Shown piece after piece: positions 35,725 through 48,693 of a DNA stretch of 64,000 bases. Every line of letters starts with the position of its first letter. The first letter of the stretch is position 1. This DNA comes from Rhina ancylostomus (lineage: Eukaryota): the NCBI GenBank assembly GCA_030265395.1, contig JARFYF010000063.1, forward strand, positions 55,190,882 to 55,254,881, read 5' to 3'. Made by a program: the position numbers and the translations under genes. The notes beneath the pieces were generated by a model. That model was not told where the DNA came from, did not search any database, and saw only the letters and a list, made by a program, of their open reading frames with translations.

Positions 35725-35890
35725 TCAAAATCCCACTGATGCCTTTTGGGGAAGAAAATCTGCTGCACTTAGCTATAATGGTCTATGTGGAAATCCAGAC
35801 CAACGTGGTTGTCTCATGACTAACTTCTCAGTTCAGGGACAACAATGGACAATAAACAGCAGGTTGACAGCAAAGTCCACATCTCAACAA
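35725..35890 (+). mobile_element. Decayed SINE of a further family
   Basis: gccttttggggaagaaaatctgc...tccagaccaacgtggttg...acaataaacagcagg resembles a widespread elasmobranch SINE core and tail (from memory). Confidence 0.45.
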
Positions 35891-36019
35891 TTTTTTTTAA
35901 TATATAAATTGGCATTTTGGAAAGTTTTCAATGCTGCAAATTCAGATTATAGATATATGTTTTTTCTTTTTAATTCATTCTTAGCACATGGGAGTCACCA
36001 GAAGGTCTGGCGAAGTTAC

Positions 36020-36320
36020 ACTATGGGCAGCTGCCACAACAGAAGTTCAATCCTGACCTCTGGTGCAGATAGTGTGGAATTTGCACATTCTCCCTGTGAC
36101 CGCGTTGGTTTTCTCCTGATTCCCTGTTTTTCTCTCACATACCAAAAATGTGCGGGTTGGTCACTGTAAATTGCCCTTGGTGCGTAGATAAGCAATAGAA
36201 TCTGGAGGGTGGGAGCATTGACAGGAACATGGGGAAAATAGGTTAGGGTAGGATTAAATGTACAAAACTTGCTGCTCCAACTCAGGAAGCCGAAGGGCCT
36301 AGACCCACGCTGCACCTTTC
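36020..36320 (+). mobile_element. V-SINE (HE1-like)
   Basis: gttcaatcctgacctctggtgc...gtgtggaatttgcacattctccctgtgaccgcg V-domain; tail gccgaagggcct. Confidence 0.85.
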
Positions 36321-37129
36321 TGCAACTGTAAAGGTAGTGGCAAGTAGCTTTCTTGAGCCTTTGTGGGAGTAACTTCATCTCACAGACAAATGTCATCAGG
36401 TTGGGATATTTAAGATTTTGACTTAGTGGCAATGAGACAAATATTCCAATCTGGAAACGGCAGGTTTTCATCTTTGGAGATTTGCATAAATGCAATTTCT
36501 GGAACCTCTGAAATAGAGAAAATTCTAAAAAAAACCAATCTTCGCATTTTAATTCAACTTCCTCTATTGAGGCCTTGAAAAATGAAGTGTTCTGCACTTC
36601 AGGATAAGCAAATGAATCAAGAATAAAGACTGATTATTCAGACTTTTGAACCAGATTACCACGCTGTGGACAACAAAATACAGAAAATTAGACCATAACA
36701 GAGCGACATGGGTTCAAACCAAATAATGGCATGTTTANNNNNNNNNNNNNNNNNNGTTTATGGGCAACCAGATGGCATTACTTAAGGGCAAGCTTAACTG
36801 CTGTAATGGTGTCACACAGAAGCACTGACTGCACACTGAAATAGCTGCAACATGCATTTCAATGGCACATTTAAACACAAAAAAATTGACAGAGCCAAAC
36901 ATACAGAATTTAAGACAGTTGAATTTGATCCAAGCTGGTACGATTTAGTTGAAACCCTCAAGGGTTTGAGAGTTAGGTTGCAGAGGTATATTTAAGGAAG
37001 GAATTCTATAGCCTTATGGTTATTCAACCAAGTGCTGAAAGACCCAAGCAATCATGGGACATAAAAAAATAAAAATAAGCACTGGCATTCCAATTTGACT
37101 TCTTCTAGTGTTCTTGAAAGTTATCAGCA

Positions 37130-38105
37130 GACTGTAAAACTATAAGCATGATGCCCATATTCAAAGGAGACACACAACTGGGAACTATACACCAGTTAGC
37201 TTAACTGTTGTTGGGAAGATGCTGGAGTTTTAAATGAGGAAGAACTAGCTGCTCATTTAGTAAAGCTTATTTCAATTAAACCAAGTCAGCATGGTTTTAT
37301 GAAAGGGACGTCACGTTTGTCAAAGTTGCTAAGGCTCTTCAAGGATATGACAAATGGAATCACAAGATGACAATCTACAGATGTAGCACAGTTGGATTTG
37401 TAGAAGCCATTAAATAGGGTTCCACATAAAAGGTTTGTGCACAAGAGCTCATAGTATTGGTAGAAGTGCATTAACGTGGTTGAAGACTAGTTATCACAAT
37501 GTTTAAATACATAGGTGCCCCAAGGATCAGTCTTTCCCTTTATTCATCTACATTAATGACTGGGAAGAGGGAAAAAAAGGTATTCAAGTTTGCTGAGATA
37601 ATAAGAGCATACTGCAATATTTGGACTGCAACAGAATATAGATAGGTTGAGTGGGGAGAAGCTTGTCCAACAGCATTTAAAATGGAACTGAAGTCCTGTA
37701 CACCAGTATGAGGAATCAAAAAGTGGACTATCTAAATGGATTGGGCTGCAGCAAGAGAAGGACAGTGGGATCTAGGTGCTTTTGTGCATGAAACCGAAGG
37801 TTAGCATGCAGATGCAGCAAGTAATTAAGGTGGCAAAATGGCACATTAACTATTATTGCTAGGGTACTGGAGCTTAAAAATAAAGTATTGTTACAATTGT
37901 ACTGGATGTTGGTGAGGCTGCATACAGATTCAGTCTCCTTATTTAAGGGTAGATTAGCATTGGAAGCAGTCCAGAAGAGATTCACCAGGCTAACTCTCAG
38001 GATGAGGGGGCTGTCCTACCATGAACAGTTAAAAACATTAGACCTCTATGCATTGGGGATTTTTAAAAAATTAAGGGGAGGTAGATCATTTTTTTTGAAA
38101 GGGAA
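37130..38105 (+). mobile_element. Decayed CR1 LINE RT fragment
   Basis: GNYTPVSLT.VGKMLE, SQHGFMKG.S, RVPHKR and LEAVQKRFTRL motifs with frameshifts. Confidence 0.85.
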
Positions 38106-41100
38106 TTGAGGGCTCTGGGNNNNNNNNNNNNNNNNNNNNNNNNNNNNNNNNNNNNNNNNNNNNNNNNNNNNNNNNNNNNNNNNNNNNNNNNNNNNNNNNN
38201 NNNNNNNNNNNNNNNNNNNNNNNNNNNNNNNNNNNNNNNNNNNNNNNNNNNNNNNNNNNNNNNNNNNNNNNNNNNNNNNNNNNNNNNNNNNNNNNNNNNN
38301 NNNNNNNNNNNNNNNNNNNNNNNNNNNNNNCCAGAAAAAAGAATTTTAAATAGAGACTGACAGGGAGTCAGGGGTCATAGAACTTGGTGCAAGATAGGAT
38401 ACACAAACTTTAGCCAAACTTGGGTTTACATTGCAAGATCTATTTGCCCATTATGCTGCTCCATGAATGAAGCACCTTGCAGAATCTGTAAAAAGAAAAC
38501 AGATTTGAAAAGAAATATTAAATTTGAGGGTCTTGCAACATGACTTTGCTCAGAGGTTCCTTCTCTACACACCTTTCACTCGCCATATCTTAGGGATAAG
38601 GGGAACTAGTGAGGGGTAGCACAGCAGCAGTCCACAAGCACATACACACACCTATACCCCAGACTAAAATTCACAAATTCCCCCGATCTGGCACAGGAGG
38701 TTGCTGCACCATAGCACATAGGAACAGATCAAGTATATGATTACTTGAAAATTCTTCATGCCACAGTTCCACATTCTGTGCAGGATACATTCCAAGGCTC
38801 TGATTAAACTAGCTTATTCCATTCATATTAAACTGTGTGTGTAGATTCCACAGTAACCCTACGATCACAAGCAGCGTTAACCTGGTGCTGTTGCTTGGTG
38901 AATGGTGCCACGTATTTGTAGCACCATCTGCTAAAGGGACTATCATTTGCATTCACTGCAACATTATTCAAGTCAGTTGACATGGGTTAGATCCAGGCAT
39001 AAACAGCCCTCATCAGTTCCAAAAACCTGATGGTGCTCATTTTTGTTAATGAAAGGTAACAAATCATTTTGGCTATCAAAGTACATGATATACCAGTGAA
39101 GTACTACAATTCTTGCAAAATTAGTGCCCCGCATTTCATTGAAGACGCAGAGTTATGTAAAGCTCTGTGAAAATGCAAGTTAAAATAGCCCTTCATCAAA
39201 AAGAGGTGGTAATACAGGAGTTTAAACTGGGCATTCCAGAGCTTCAGGCACAGGCAGAAACTGGAGGTGCACAGAATGCATCAATCAACAGCATTCAGAA
39301 ATCTCAACGACTGAAGTGAGCTTGTTTAATCAGAATGCTCGTGTCGAGGAAGTGGCAGTGACAGGAAAGGGACATCTGAACCTGAGCAAGGTTGATTTTT
39401 GTTGGTCATTTACTTTTGCTTAAAGATGAAGTGCCTGTGTGTCAAAGCTGACAGGAAACATGACCCAAGGAAGCAGATAGTGGTTTCTTGTTGTGACAAG
39501 GAAAAAAAGACAGCCTAATACCGTAGCCAAGAGTGCATCCACGATGGAGTAAGTTACTGAGCTAAGCAGGCTCTACCTTGGAGATTGTGTGTGATAGCAT
39601 TCAACGAGTACCTTGCACTATGGAACATTTGATCAAGTCCACTTCTGTGAATCCTTTGGAATGGTCTCTTCTCTGACACATTTACAAAAAGAGCTCCCAC
39701 CAAAACCTTTAACTGCAGTACACTGTCTAGTTTAATAATTATCATTTCTTTCAGGCTCCAAAACCACCAGCTCAAAGCCATAAGCACACCGGGTTGAAAA
39801 GAACAGGCTTGAAGCTGGTGATTCCAAGCAGAATTGCAGCATTCTGCCACTCCCAGTTACATGTTGAGTTGTGCAGTCCTACAGATCCAGGACATGAAGA
39901 GTGACAAGTGCTGTATCTGTCACTGTACTCCACTGCTGGGACTCCAAATGCAGTCCATTGCCAGATCCTGGAATTACCTAGTATGGTGCTGAAAAAATCT
40001 GTTTCTGTGATGATCCTTTGCCAACCAGAACCAGAGTCTCTATTCCTATGAATGGAGGACTCCCATTCTGGAGCTAAGAAAATGTTACTAATTTTCTTCA
40101 CATTTTTAATCTTTCAATAATTTACAATACTAAAAGTTTTTTTTTAAAAAAAAGTTTGAGTATCAAAAGACATCCAAACAGTGTGGCTCCTGTCAAAAAA
40201 AAGTTGCAGTGCTCCAACATCCCACCAATTTGTGAAGCAATAGTTATGGGGAGCAGAGCTTTTGCACAATAATTAGCAGAGAACAAATCACCAACCTATC
40301 TAAAATTACCCACAGCTGCCAACGCCCACCACTAAGGTGGTGTCAAATCTAGTGCAGTTTAATCTTCACCATTCAATAATTGCCAAAAATGCAAACCAAG
40401 TTCAGGAACAAAGGAGGTGGCAAAGGTTAAATGGCTGGTGTAATTGACAGTTGGATTTTATGAAGGATTGTTAGAGATGTCAAATGCTTTTGCACTAACT
40501 GCTGGTATTTTATAAAATCAATGTGCATGCAATAATGCATCAATGTTGGTGGGTCTTCTGTTTGTAGTCTGCCTCACTGCTGTAATGCTGGTCCAAAAGT
40601 TCAAACCTAGTAAAAGTCATCATACTTCCCATCCCAGTCCAGAATCCCTGCTCAATGCAGGCAAACAGAAATTCAGGATCCAAAGAGAAGTTTTCTCAAT
40701 TAAAGCCAGAATCTTAATTTATGTTTTACCTCTTCTCCATTGATTGGTATTCATTGGGAAGGGGAAAAATACTGCACATCAAGACTGAACCTCAAACTCA
40801 AGATCTGGGTTTAGTTTTGACAATTCTCACCAAGGGTGGTGAATCTCTGGACTTAACTATTGGATTTAATGAGATCAAAACATTTTCAAACACATGCAAA
40901 ACCAAAGTATTGCATTGACCACAAAGACCCCAGGGTTAGCCCCAGTATCTAGTTTATTTAGCCAAATAAAGGATGTTCTCAGCCTGGGTAGGACAAGAAC
41001 TTATTATCTCATTAATCTCCAGTGGGTTTAACGTTCAGAAGCAACTTTTACAATTAATAAAAATAATCTCTCAGGGAACTTAAGTGAAATGTGGAGCCAT

Positions 41101-41594
41101 CAAGCCCTATTTGATTACGAGTCAATACACTGAAAAAAAAGTCAAAGCCAGGACCCCAGGGAGAATGAAGCACTAGATCTTTAACTGCAGGAGGTAGTAA
41201 CACACTGCTCCAACCCCAGTCTCTGAATATTCGCAGCAAGTTTACAAGTGGTGAGGGGCGGAACTGGACAGAGTTGAAGGCCCTGGAAGAGGAAATCTCA
41301 CATCAACTTAACCTTGCTGGATAGCCCTCAACTATAATAAAAGCAACTTAAAGTTAAATAATTTTTGTTTAAAAACACACTGAAGGGCATGCATTTTCCC
41401 ACTGTTATTTTTTGTATTTGTAAGATTCTTCTTTACAACTCCAGTAACAGCCTTTTGCAAAATGATTCCTGTGGAATGATATTCATTATATCACAAGAAA
41501 GTTTGTGTAATCTTGCAGGAACTTCAGCAATTTTCTTTCAGGCTGCTCCATTTTGAATGAAAAAACACTTCAGTTACCCATTCTATCAACTTAC

Positions 41595-41672
41595 TTCCGA
41601 ATCACTGCTCTCATTTCTGATGTACTTTGACTGCCATCTTCCCCACAGCTTTGACATTCAAAGTTTCCGTAC
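41595..41672 (-). CDS. RGL1: RGL1 exon: YGNFECQSCGEDGSQSTSEMRAVIRN
   Basis: Manual translation; acceptor ttgcag, donor gtaagt; 78 nt, phase 2/2 fits neighbours; similar to RGL1 YGNLTSPNCEEDGSQSSSESKMVIRN. Confidence 0.95.
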
Positions 41673-43257
41673 CTGCAATTTGTCATAAAAAGACAAGTTA
41701 AACCATTTCAAACAAGCACTTGCTTCCCCAAGTTGATCAAATGATTTTTTTAAAAAAAATCACCAACTCAGTATTCAATATTTGAATCCTCAATCAAGCT
41801 GTTCACTCTCTCAAAGTACGTCAAGACACTCTCTCATACATGCATGGCATTAATGTCAATGTTAGCTCAGAGCACAAATATTCACAAATTAGCAAAAACT
41901 TTAAAGTATACACCATAACTAGGTCTGATCCCTTGCAAATTTTGGCAATGGCTTAAAAGATGTTTTAAGCCCATCACATCCAAAGCAGCTCTTTAAAACA
42001 GCTATTCAATTAGTTATATTCCCGCTTTGTAGCCCAATTTATTTTCAGGTAAGAGTCAAAATTTCCCTTTAAAGTTACAATTGAATCCATTTCCCTCACT
42101 TTTGGTTCCTTCCAGACAGAACTGAGAATAAAATCTCCCCTCTGTACTCCTGTGAATTAAAAAGAATCTGGTAAACAATTCTTTATTCAATACAATCTGT
42201 CCGAGCCATCAATGCAAAATTGTCATTCAAGTGATGCAAATTCACATGCTTCCCGATTTGGTTTAGAACAGTGTCTCCATTTAACAGTTCTTGGAAGAAC
42301 ACAAGTTTGTAAACAATTCACCAGCACCTAAGACACAGAATGCAAAGAATGTGAAGGAGTGGAAAGAAACCAATGTCTCATAAATGAAATATGCAAGTTT
42401 CCACAAATAGTTTTTCAAGAGTGAATGAAAATATTTTTCAAATTCAATCAGCAATATCAGATAGTTATAGTTCTTTAATTTAATACAATTTTTTTAAAAA
42501 TCCAACATCTGGTCAACAGATTTCCCATAGAAGTTTCTTCCTTTGTGCTCTGTTTACAAACTTTCACTCATTAAGTCCATTCTAATGCTCTCCATTAGAG
42601 AAAATAACCTTAAGCCCTTAGAGACAGTCTACCGCCCAGGGCACAAGTGGTTGCCATGCAGCTGCAATTTGCACAAATAGACAAGTCTCAAACAGAAAGT
42701 CACAATAGTGTTAAATTTAATGCAGCTGCCTGATCCTTCCAGGATATCACACATTATGAGATGATATTTAAATATGAATTATATAAAATCAGCCACCAAA
42801 GATTGACAGTAGAAAATACATCAAATGCTAGGCTGTGTTGTGGTTAAGTGACAAGCTTGGGACAGTCTTCAAAAAGATGTAGCTAGGAAAGCCAAGATAT
42901 TGAATGGCTTGACAAAGTCATCTGGTTATGGATTCAAGTTCCAAGGTTCTATGCCAAGCCAGTAGGTGGAGTGCTTTACTATGTTGATTGCCTCCACTTG
43001 AGTGATGGGCAGCAAGGAAGAAAGCAAAAAAAGGGGACAGACAACACTTGACCAGAGTATAATGAACAGAGACGAGAGTTTAACTAATTGACTTGATAAG
43101 GTCTTGGGAAACCCAGATCAGCACATTCACAATGATACTGGAAGATACTCCCGCGATGAAACCACAGAAAATACTTCAACTATTAAGAACAAAAGTAGCA
43201 ATCCTACATGTGATTCATGTGCAATGAAAGTTGCAGCCTAAGAGGTTTCAGAAAAAT

Positions 43258-43430
43258 TAAATCTGCAGATTCCAGAATCTGAAACAAAAACTGATGCAAC
43301 TGTAAATACTCAAAGTCAGGCAGCAATTCGTGGAAAGAGAAGGATCTTTAACTTGCAACATTAATTCTGTTTCGTTCCACTGATACTGCCTGACCTGTTG
43401 AGCGTTTCCAACATTTTGTTTTTAAGTGCA
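43258..43430. mobile_element. Palindromic MITE-like element
   Basis: Arms gtcaggcagca...gtggaaaga / ttccactgatactgcctgac; same family as 16365 and 53912. Confidence 0.6.
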
Positions 43431-43862
43431 GAAGTTTTGGTATTATACCACATTGACCACTAGTATCGTCAGGTACTGCTAACAAATTGTTACGATTAAT
43501 GCAAACAAAAATGATTGGCTCTTGTACATTAATCACAGCTAATGTAATTGTTTGGTTAGGCATTTTATAAAAAAAACTCAGTCCAAGTGAATCTATGGCC
43601 TGGAAGGATTGTTGCAAGGTAAAAAGGGTCTGAAGGGAATGGAATACAGACTTCCATTGATACTGCACAAACAAATAATTAAACTGGCATTGTGTTCAGT
43701 AAAGCACCATCAGCCCTTTTGGTGAACTCATTGTAATCTCAGCCCAAGAACATTGATAATTCCAAATGAATGCCAGTCATCTTGGAGAACTAACAGGATT
43801 TTAAAAAAATCACAACCCAATTGAAGAGCCCATTTAACGAGGTGGTTCTTATTTGCTCTTAC

Positions 43863-44071
43863 CTGTCCAGCAGCAGTTCCAAAACCTGCTCTGTTGAAGC
43901 AAATGCTCTATATGTCGACAGAAATATGCTGATATATGTAAAATCATTGTCTCCAAAGGCAGTTAATAAATTTTCTACTAGTTTTTCCAGGGTTCCAGCT
44001 TTAATTGTGCGGATTTTACACGTTTCATATTGGCTGATGGTGTGACCTGGAGGGACCTGATCTCCTTCCAC
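43863..44071 (-). CDS. RGL1: RGL1 exon, start of REM domain: VEGDQVPPGHTISQYETCKIRTIKAGTLEKLVENLL...LELLLDR
   Basis: ORF 43859..44071 matches RGL1; acceptor gatag, donor gtaaga; 209 nt. Confidence 0.97.
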
Positions 44072-44169
44072 CTATCAATATTGAAAACAAGAAATAGTAC
44101 AGGTCAGTACAATGCAGCAACAGAGACAGCACCTACAACTTGCATCATTGCAGCATTTTCAGAGCGACA

Positions 44170-44505
44170 TGGACAGCACAGTGGCACAGCTAGTAGAGCT
44201 GTTGCCCTACAGTGCTAGCAACCTGGGTTCAGTCCTGACTTCAGTGCTGTCTGTAGAGTTGGCACTTTCACTACAACTGCAGGGACTGCCACTGGCTGAT
44301 ATAGTTTACACCCATATCCCAAAGCTGTGTGCATTTATAGATTAATTGGCCACTGTAAATTGCCCCCAAAGCGTAGGCAAATAGTAGAATCTGGGGGGGA
44401 GCTGATGGGGAGGATACAAATGGGATCAGTGCAGGTTGAGTCCAAGTGGGCGGTTGATGGACAGTGCAGAATTGGTGGGCCAAAGAGCTGGTTTCTGTGC
44501 TACGT
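44170..44505 (+). mobile_element. V-SINE (HE1-like), near full length, ~100 nt upstream of an RGL1 acceptor
   Basis: A-box tggcacagctag, B-box ggttcagtcc, ggccactgtaaattgccc core, tail gtgggccaaagagctggtttctgtgct. Confidence 0.88.
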
Positions 44506-45304
44506 AATTCCAACGAGTTTGTGGTACTTCACGGCAACAGCAATCAGAAAAAGTCACAGATGTTAAAACAGGAAACTGAAATTTTTCAATAAACGGATAG
44601 ATTTTTACCTTCAAAATGTTCAAAAGATGAAAATGCTGATGGAGGGAATTCCAGGACAAGGAAACTAGGCAGCAAGTTCAGCTGCCAATAGTGCATAAAT
44701 TAAGCCTCAAGCCTGTACAAAGACGACAGAAATGAATTCACTCCAAGTCGTGCAACAACCTTCAAGTCATGCAGAAACCAGGAGGGATATGGAGAGGTAA
44801 TATCCCGAAGTATCCATTTAATATAGTAAAATATTAAGATACTTTAACAGTAAATGTTAAAATATTGATGATGGTTGACTGACTCATTGATGATTGCATT
44901 TCTTTGGACTGAGTCACAAAAACTCCTCCACATAAACTCCCAAGAATTATCAAGAGGAAAAATAACAATTGTGCCAGGTTCAAAGATCCTCAACCACAGA
45001 GGCAGTTGGACAGATTTCAATTAACTGCAGGGGTGGGGTAGAGAAGAGGCGGTCACAACTAATGATTGTAACCAGGCAATGTTCTCTGAAAAGTAGGCAT
45101 TTAGATTGGACAGGCAGGGGAATGGACCTGCTTCAATACTTTCTGTTCCTGCTATCACTTGAATGGCCAATGCATNNNNNNNNNNNNNNNNNNNNNNNNN
45201 NNNNNNNNNNNNNNNNNNNNNNNNNNNNNNNAAAAGATCATAATCATCCTCACAATTCCATGCAGATTTAAACTAGTTTTCTTTGCCCAATAATTTTCAG
45301 CAAT

Positions 45305-45380
45305 TTGCACTGTACTGCTGCCACAAAACAACATTTCACATCGTACAAGTCAGTGATTATAAACCCAATTCTGATTCTGG
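45305..45380 (+). mobile_element. Rex1-type 3' tail
   Basis: ttgcactgtactgctgccacaaaacaacatttcac...gtgattataaacccaattctgattctg matches 4445-4507. Confidence 0.75.
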
Positions 45381-46799
45381 CTGGGTTTCTGCAGCTGGTA
45401 CTGCGGGAATGGGATAGATCATTGGCATTAGGCAACCATGAACCTGGAAGGTATCATTCACCTCGTGCATCATTACATTCTCCCATCTGGTTCCCTCAGC
45501 ATCTGCAATCCAGAGCAGGAAAATTGATTTCTGAAGTATCCCATGCTTTACCTGTCTATCATCATAAACAAAAGCATTTGTGGTGCAACTTTTAACGTGG
45601 ACTTGCCATGTCCTCTGTAGCTGTGTGTGCATTCATAGTGATCTCATTGGACAGGAGAGCCCATTCTACAGCACTGTAGCATTGCCACAGACATTGTCTG
45701 TACCAGTTTAAATATTTAAGCATTTAATTGTTCTCTCCAGCAAATGAATTGCCACCTCTGGGACGTTGTCTCTCAATACTTTCATGAGGATATCAGTACT
45801 GAAAGCTCTATTCTGTTTACTATATCAACAGTACATTATGTACATTACAAACTCAAAGCAGCCAACCTTTTACCAAATTAACTCTTCCTTTGGTCATAAG
45901 ACTCTGCTTCAGCAGTGTGCAGTCCCAACTTGATTTATCACCAAATTTGAAATCATTTCTGGATTAAACCTTATTGTGAATTTCAACCAGGCAATTCTTG
46001 TCCTGAGTCACCTCTGGAACACTAACGCAAAGGGTATCAGGAACACATGCCCGAGGTTATCCTCCAGGCAATGCTCCTTTTAGAGGGGAACGCGTTACCC
46101 TGGGGTGCCTTCATTGGGTATGACCAGATTAGAATGGCCTTAACCTCTCAGGCCTGGATTGGGAGGTCTGCAGAGAAGTAAAACACTTAGCCAAAGCCTT
46201 GGGCTCATCCACCCCCTCACAGGACCAACCCTCTTCTGCTTCCATTCCTGCTGCCCTTGGTTTCGGTTTAAACTATTTCATCAGAAAAGCAGAATTGTAG
46301 AGTTTCTATTCCAAATAGAAAAATGCATGCCACTCAATTACCAGCTATTAATTTTGCAAAACATGGATGTTAAGGTTAAAACATCCTCACCCACCTCTTT
46401 ACAAATGTAGAACCCACTGGACCAACCTCCTTCCCCACACTGCCACCCCCCCCAAAGTTTTGTTCCATTTGCAACAGCATTCAAACCACATACACCACCT
46501 CTCCCCCACAACCGCTAGCTCTGTTCATAGCCAAAAGTCATATTTTGAGCAAGATCAGGAAAAGCCAGAAGTAGGAATAGTGGCAGCAGTCTGTACCAGA
46601 GCCACAAATGTGCCTGTTCATGCCATCTCTGCTCCAAAACTTCATGTTTGTGCATCACCAGAATTTTCCACTTCCTTCCCATTCCAACAAACTACTTTAG
46701 ACAAGAATCCTTTAAAGCAAAAACAATTTCTTTGAAAAAGGGATTTGAGTTTGAAGCAAGGACAGTTCTTTCACATCTTCTCTAAATTTTGAATCAAAC

Positions 46800-47312
46800 T
46801 GGATTGTGTTCAGTTCTGGTCCCCTCGTTATAGGGAGGATGTGGAAGCTTTAGAGGGTGCAAAGATTTACCAGGATGTTGCCTGGATTTGAGAGTAATGT
46901 CTTATGAGGATAGGTTGAGCGAGCTAGGGCTTTTCTCTTTGGTGAGGAGGATGAAAGGTGACTTGATAGAAGTGTGCAATAAGAGGCATTGATCAAGTGG
47001 GCAATCAGACATTTATTCCCAGAGTGTAAATGGCTAACACGAGAGGCCATAATTTTAAAGTGATTGTAGGAAAGTGTCAAGGGGATGCCAGGAGTAAGTT
47101 TTTATTTTACTTTACGCAGAGAGTGGTGGGTGCGTGGAACGCACTGCCAGCAGAAGTTGTAGGTGCAGATACATTAGGGATACTTGAGACTTAGATAGCC
47201 ACATGAATGATTGAGAAATGGAGGGAAGGGTTAGATAGATATTGGAGCACGATAAAATGTCAGCACAACATCATGGGCCAAAGGGCCTTACTGTGCTGTT
47301 ATGTTCTATGTC
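46800..47312 (+). mobile_element. CR1 LINE 3' end
   Basis: CVQFWSP.YREDVEAL, FTRMLPG motifs; tail atgggccaaagggccttactgtgctgttatgttctatg. Confidence 0.88.
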
Positions 47313-47444
47313 AAAACTCCAAAAAGCAAACCTCTCCCAATAAAATACTAGGAGGTATGAGTCATAGAAGGCATCACGTCAATGCTACTACACAATCAAT
47401 CCCATTGTTCTGCTCTATCCCCATACCCCTGCAGTTCATTGTCA

Positions 47445-47760
47445 TGTGAAGAGGTTACCAGGCGGATAGAGAAGATTCAAGGATGTGCTCAAAACATTCT
47501 CTCTTCAATGACCCCTGGGAACTTCTAGCTCACAACCACTCAGAGTAGCAGCATTTGGAATGGTATCCATGTACTAGGAGCACACACAGAACCTGCATAA
47601 CAAAAGGAACATATCACCTCAAAGCATGTACCAACTCACACTGTCAGCCACCAACTGCCCTCCCCTTAGATGTGGGGAGGGGTCTGTGGCTCCTACATTG
47701 ACTTCATCAGGGCCCACAGAACTACACTGGAAATCATCCTTGATCCCACGATGCCCAAGC
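47445..47760 (+). mobile_element. Decayed RTE-type LINE 3' fragment
   Basis: RLPGG..RFKDVLK...PWELLAHNHSE-like C-terminal RT pattern. Confidence 0.5.
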
Positions 47761-48658
47761 AGCAGCCAATTAGTTCATTTCCCTTTAAGTTCTATCCAAT
47801 TTCTTTCTAGAGCCCATAACCACCTCTATTTCCATTACTCTGAGACAGCAAGTTCCAGATATTAATCAATTACTGTGCAAGTTCTTAAAACAGGAGAATA
47901 AGGAAGACATCGAAAAGCTGCAACCTTGACTACAGGTATGGCTGGCTGATCCATTGTCAATGATAACCAGAACTGCTGGAAGTAATGGAAGCAAAAGTAG
48001 TGATAATTAGTTTAATACACAAATTTCTTTAAACTTGCTGGGAATCAACAATCCCTAACAAGGTAAACAGAAGGCTTCAGTCTTAATCTTTGTCTGCACA
48101 TCGACTTAGAACTTGCACCTCAATCACAGCATCTGAAGGCCTAGGAAGCTTCTGGCAATAAACAGCATCAAACTCAGTCCAGTAAGTTTCCAAGTGAAGC
48201 ACTATGGGACTAAGTGCAGAGAGCTCTGTTCTCCCGGGCCACAGCACGCAACAGGAAGCTGATTGGTCTGGCTTCAATCATGTCTGAACTCTGTTCCATT
48301 ATCACAGACCTCCCATTTTCCAACAATATTTTTTAAAAAGAAACTGATTACTCTTGAAAGCCAGTTTAACTTGGCTGGAAGCAAAGTTGAATTGTGAAAC
48401 ATTTGCCGAGCTGACAAAGTGGAGGAGGGAAAAGAAAAGCAAATGTCTGTTTAAACCCCAGTGTTAGTCAAGGTTTCTCCTTTATGCTGGTTTAGGGATC
48501 ACTTGGCTTGGTTCTTCACGTAATGATTATGGTAGAGACCACAGAGAGCCTGAATGCAAGACATCAAAAGACTTTTGAAAGCTCAGATGTCAGCACACAT
48601 TCCTGTATTAAATTCTCTTCCACACAAGGAAGTGCCCAGCTGGAACACAATTGTCTTT

Positions 48659-48693
48659 GGGGATGGGGGAAGGGGAAGGGGAAGGGGGAAGGG
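48659..48693 (+). repeat. (GGGGAA)n purine repeat, G-quadruplex-capable
   Basis: ggggatggggaaggggaaggggaagggggaaggg-type run with at least five G-tracts. Confidence 0.7.

Noticed and set aside
36016-36597. Longest gap-free ORF (193 aa, - strand)
   Set aside because: Half of it is antisense V-SINE sequence; non-ATG start and no recognisable domain
38918-38937. CTCF-like motif (TTAGCAGATGGTGC on -)
   Set aside because: Mismatches at the conserved 5' CC; not distinguishable from chance without ChIP data
44170-44250. tRNA-like A/B boxes as tRNA genes (also 1717-1790)
   Set aside because: They run directly into SINE body and tail; no intact cloverleaf
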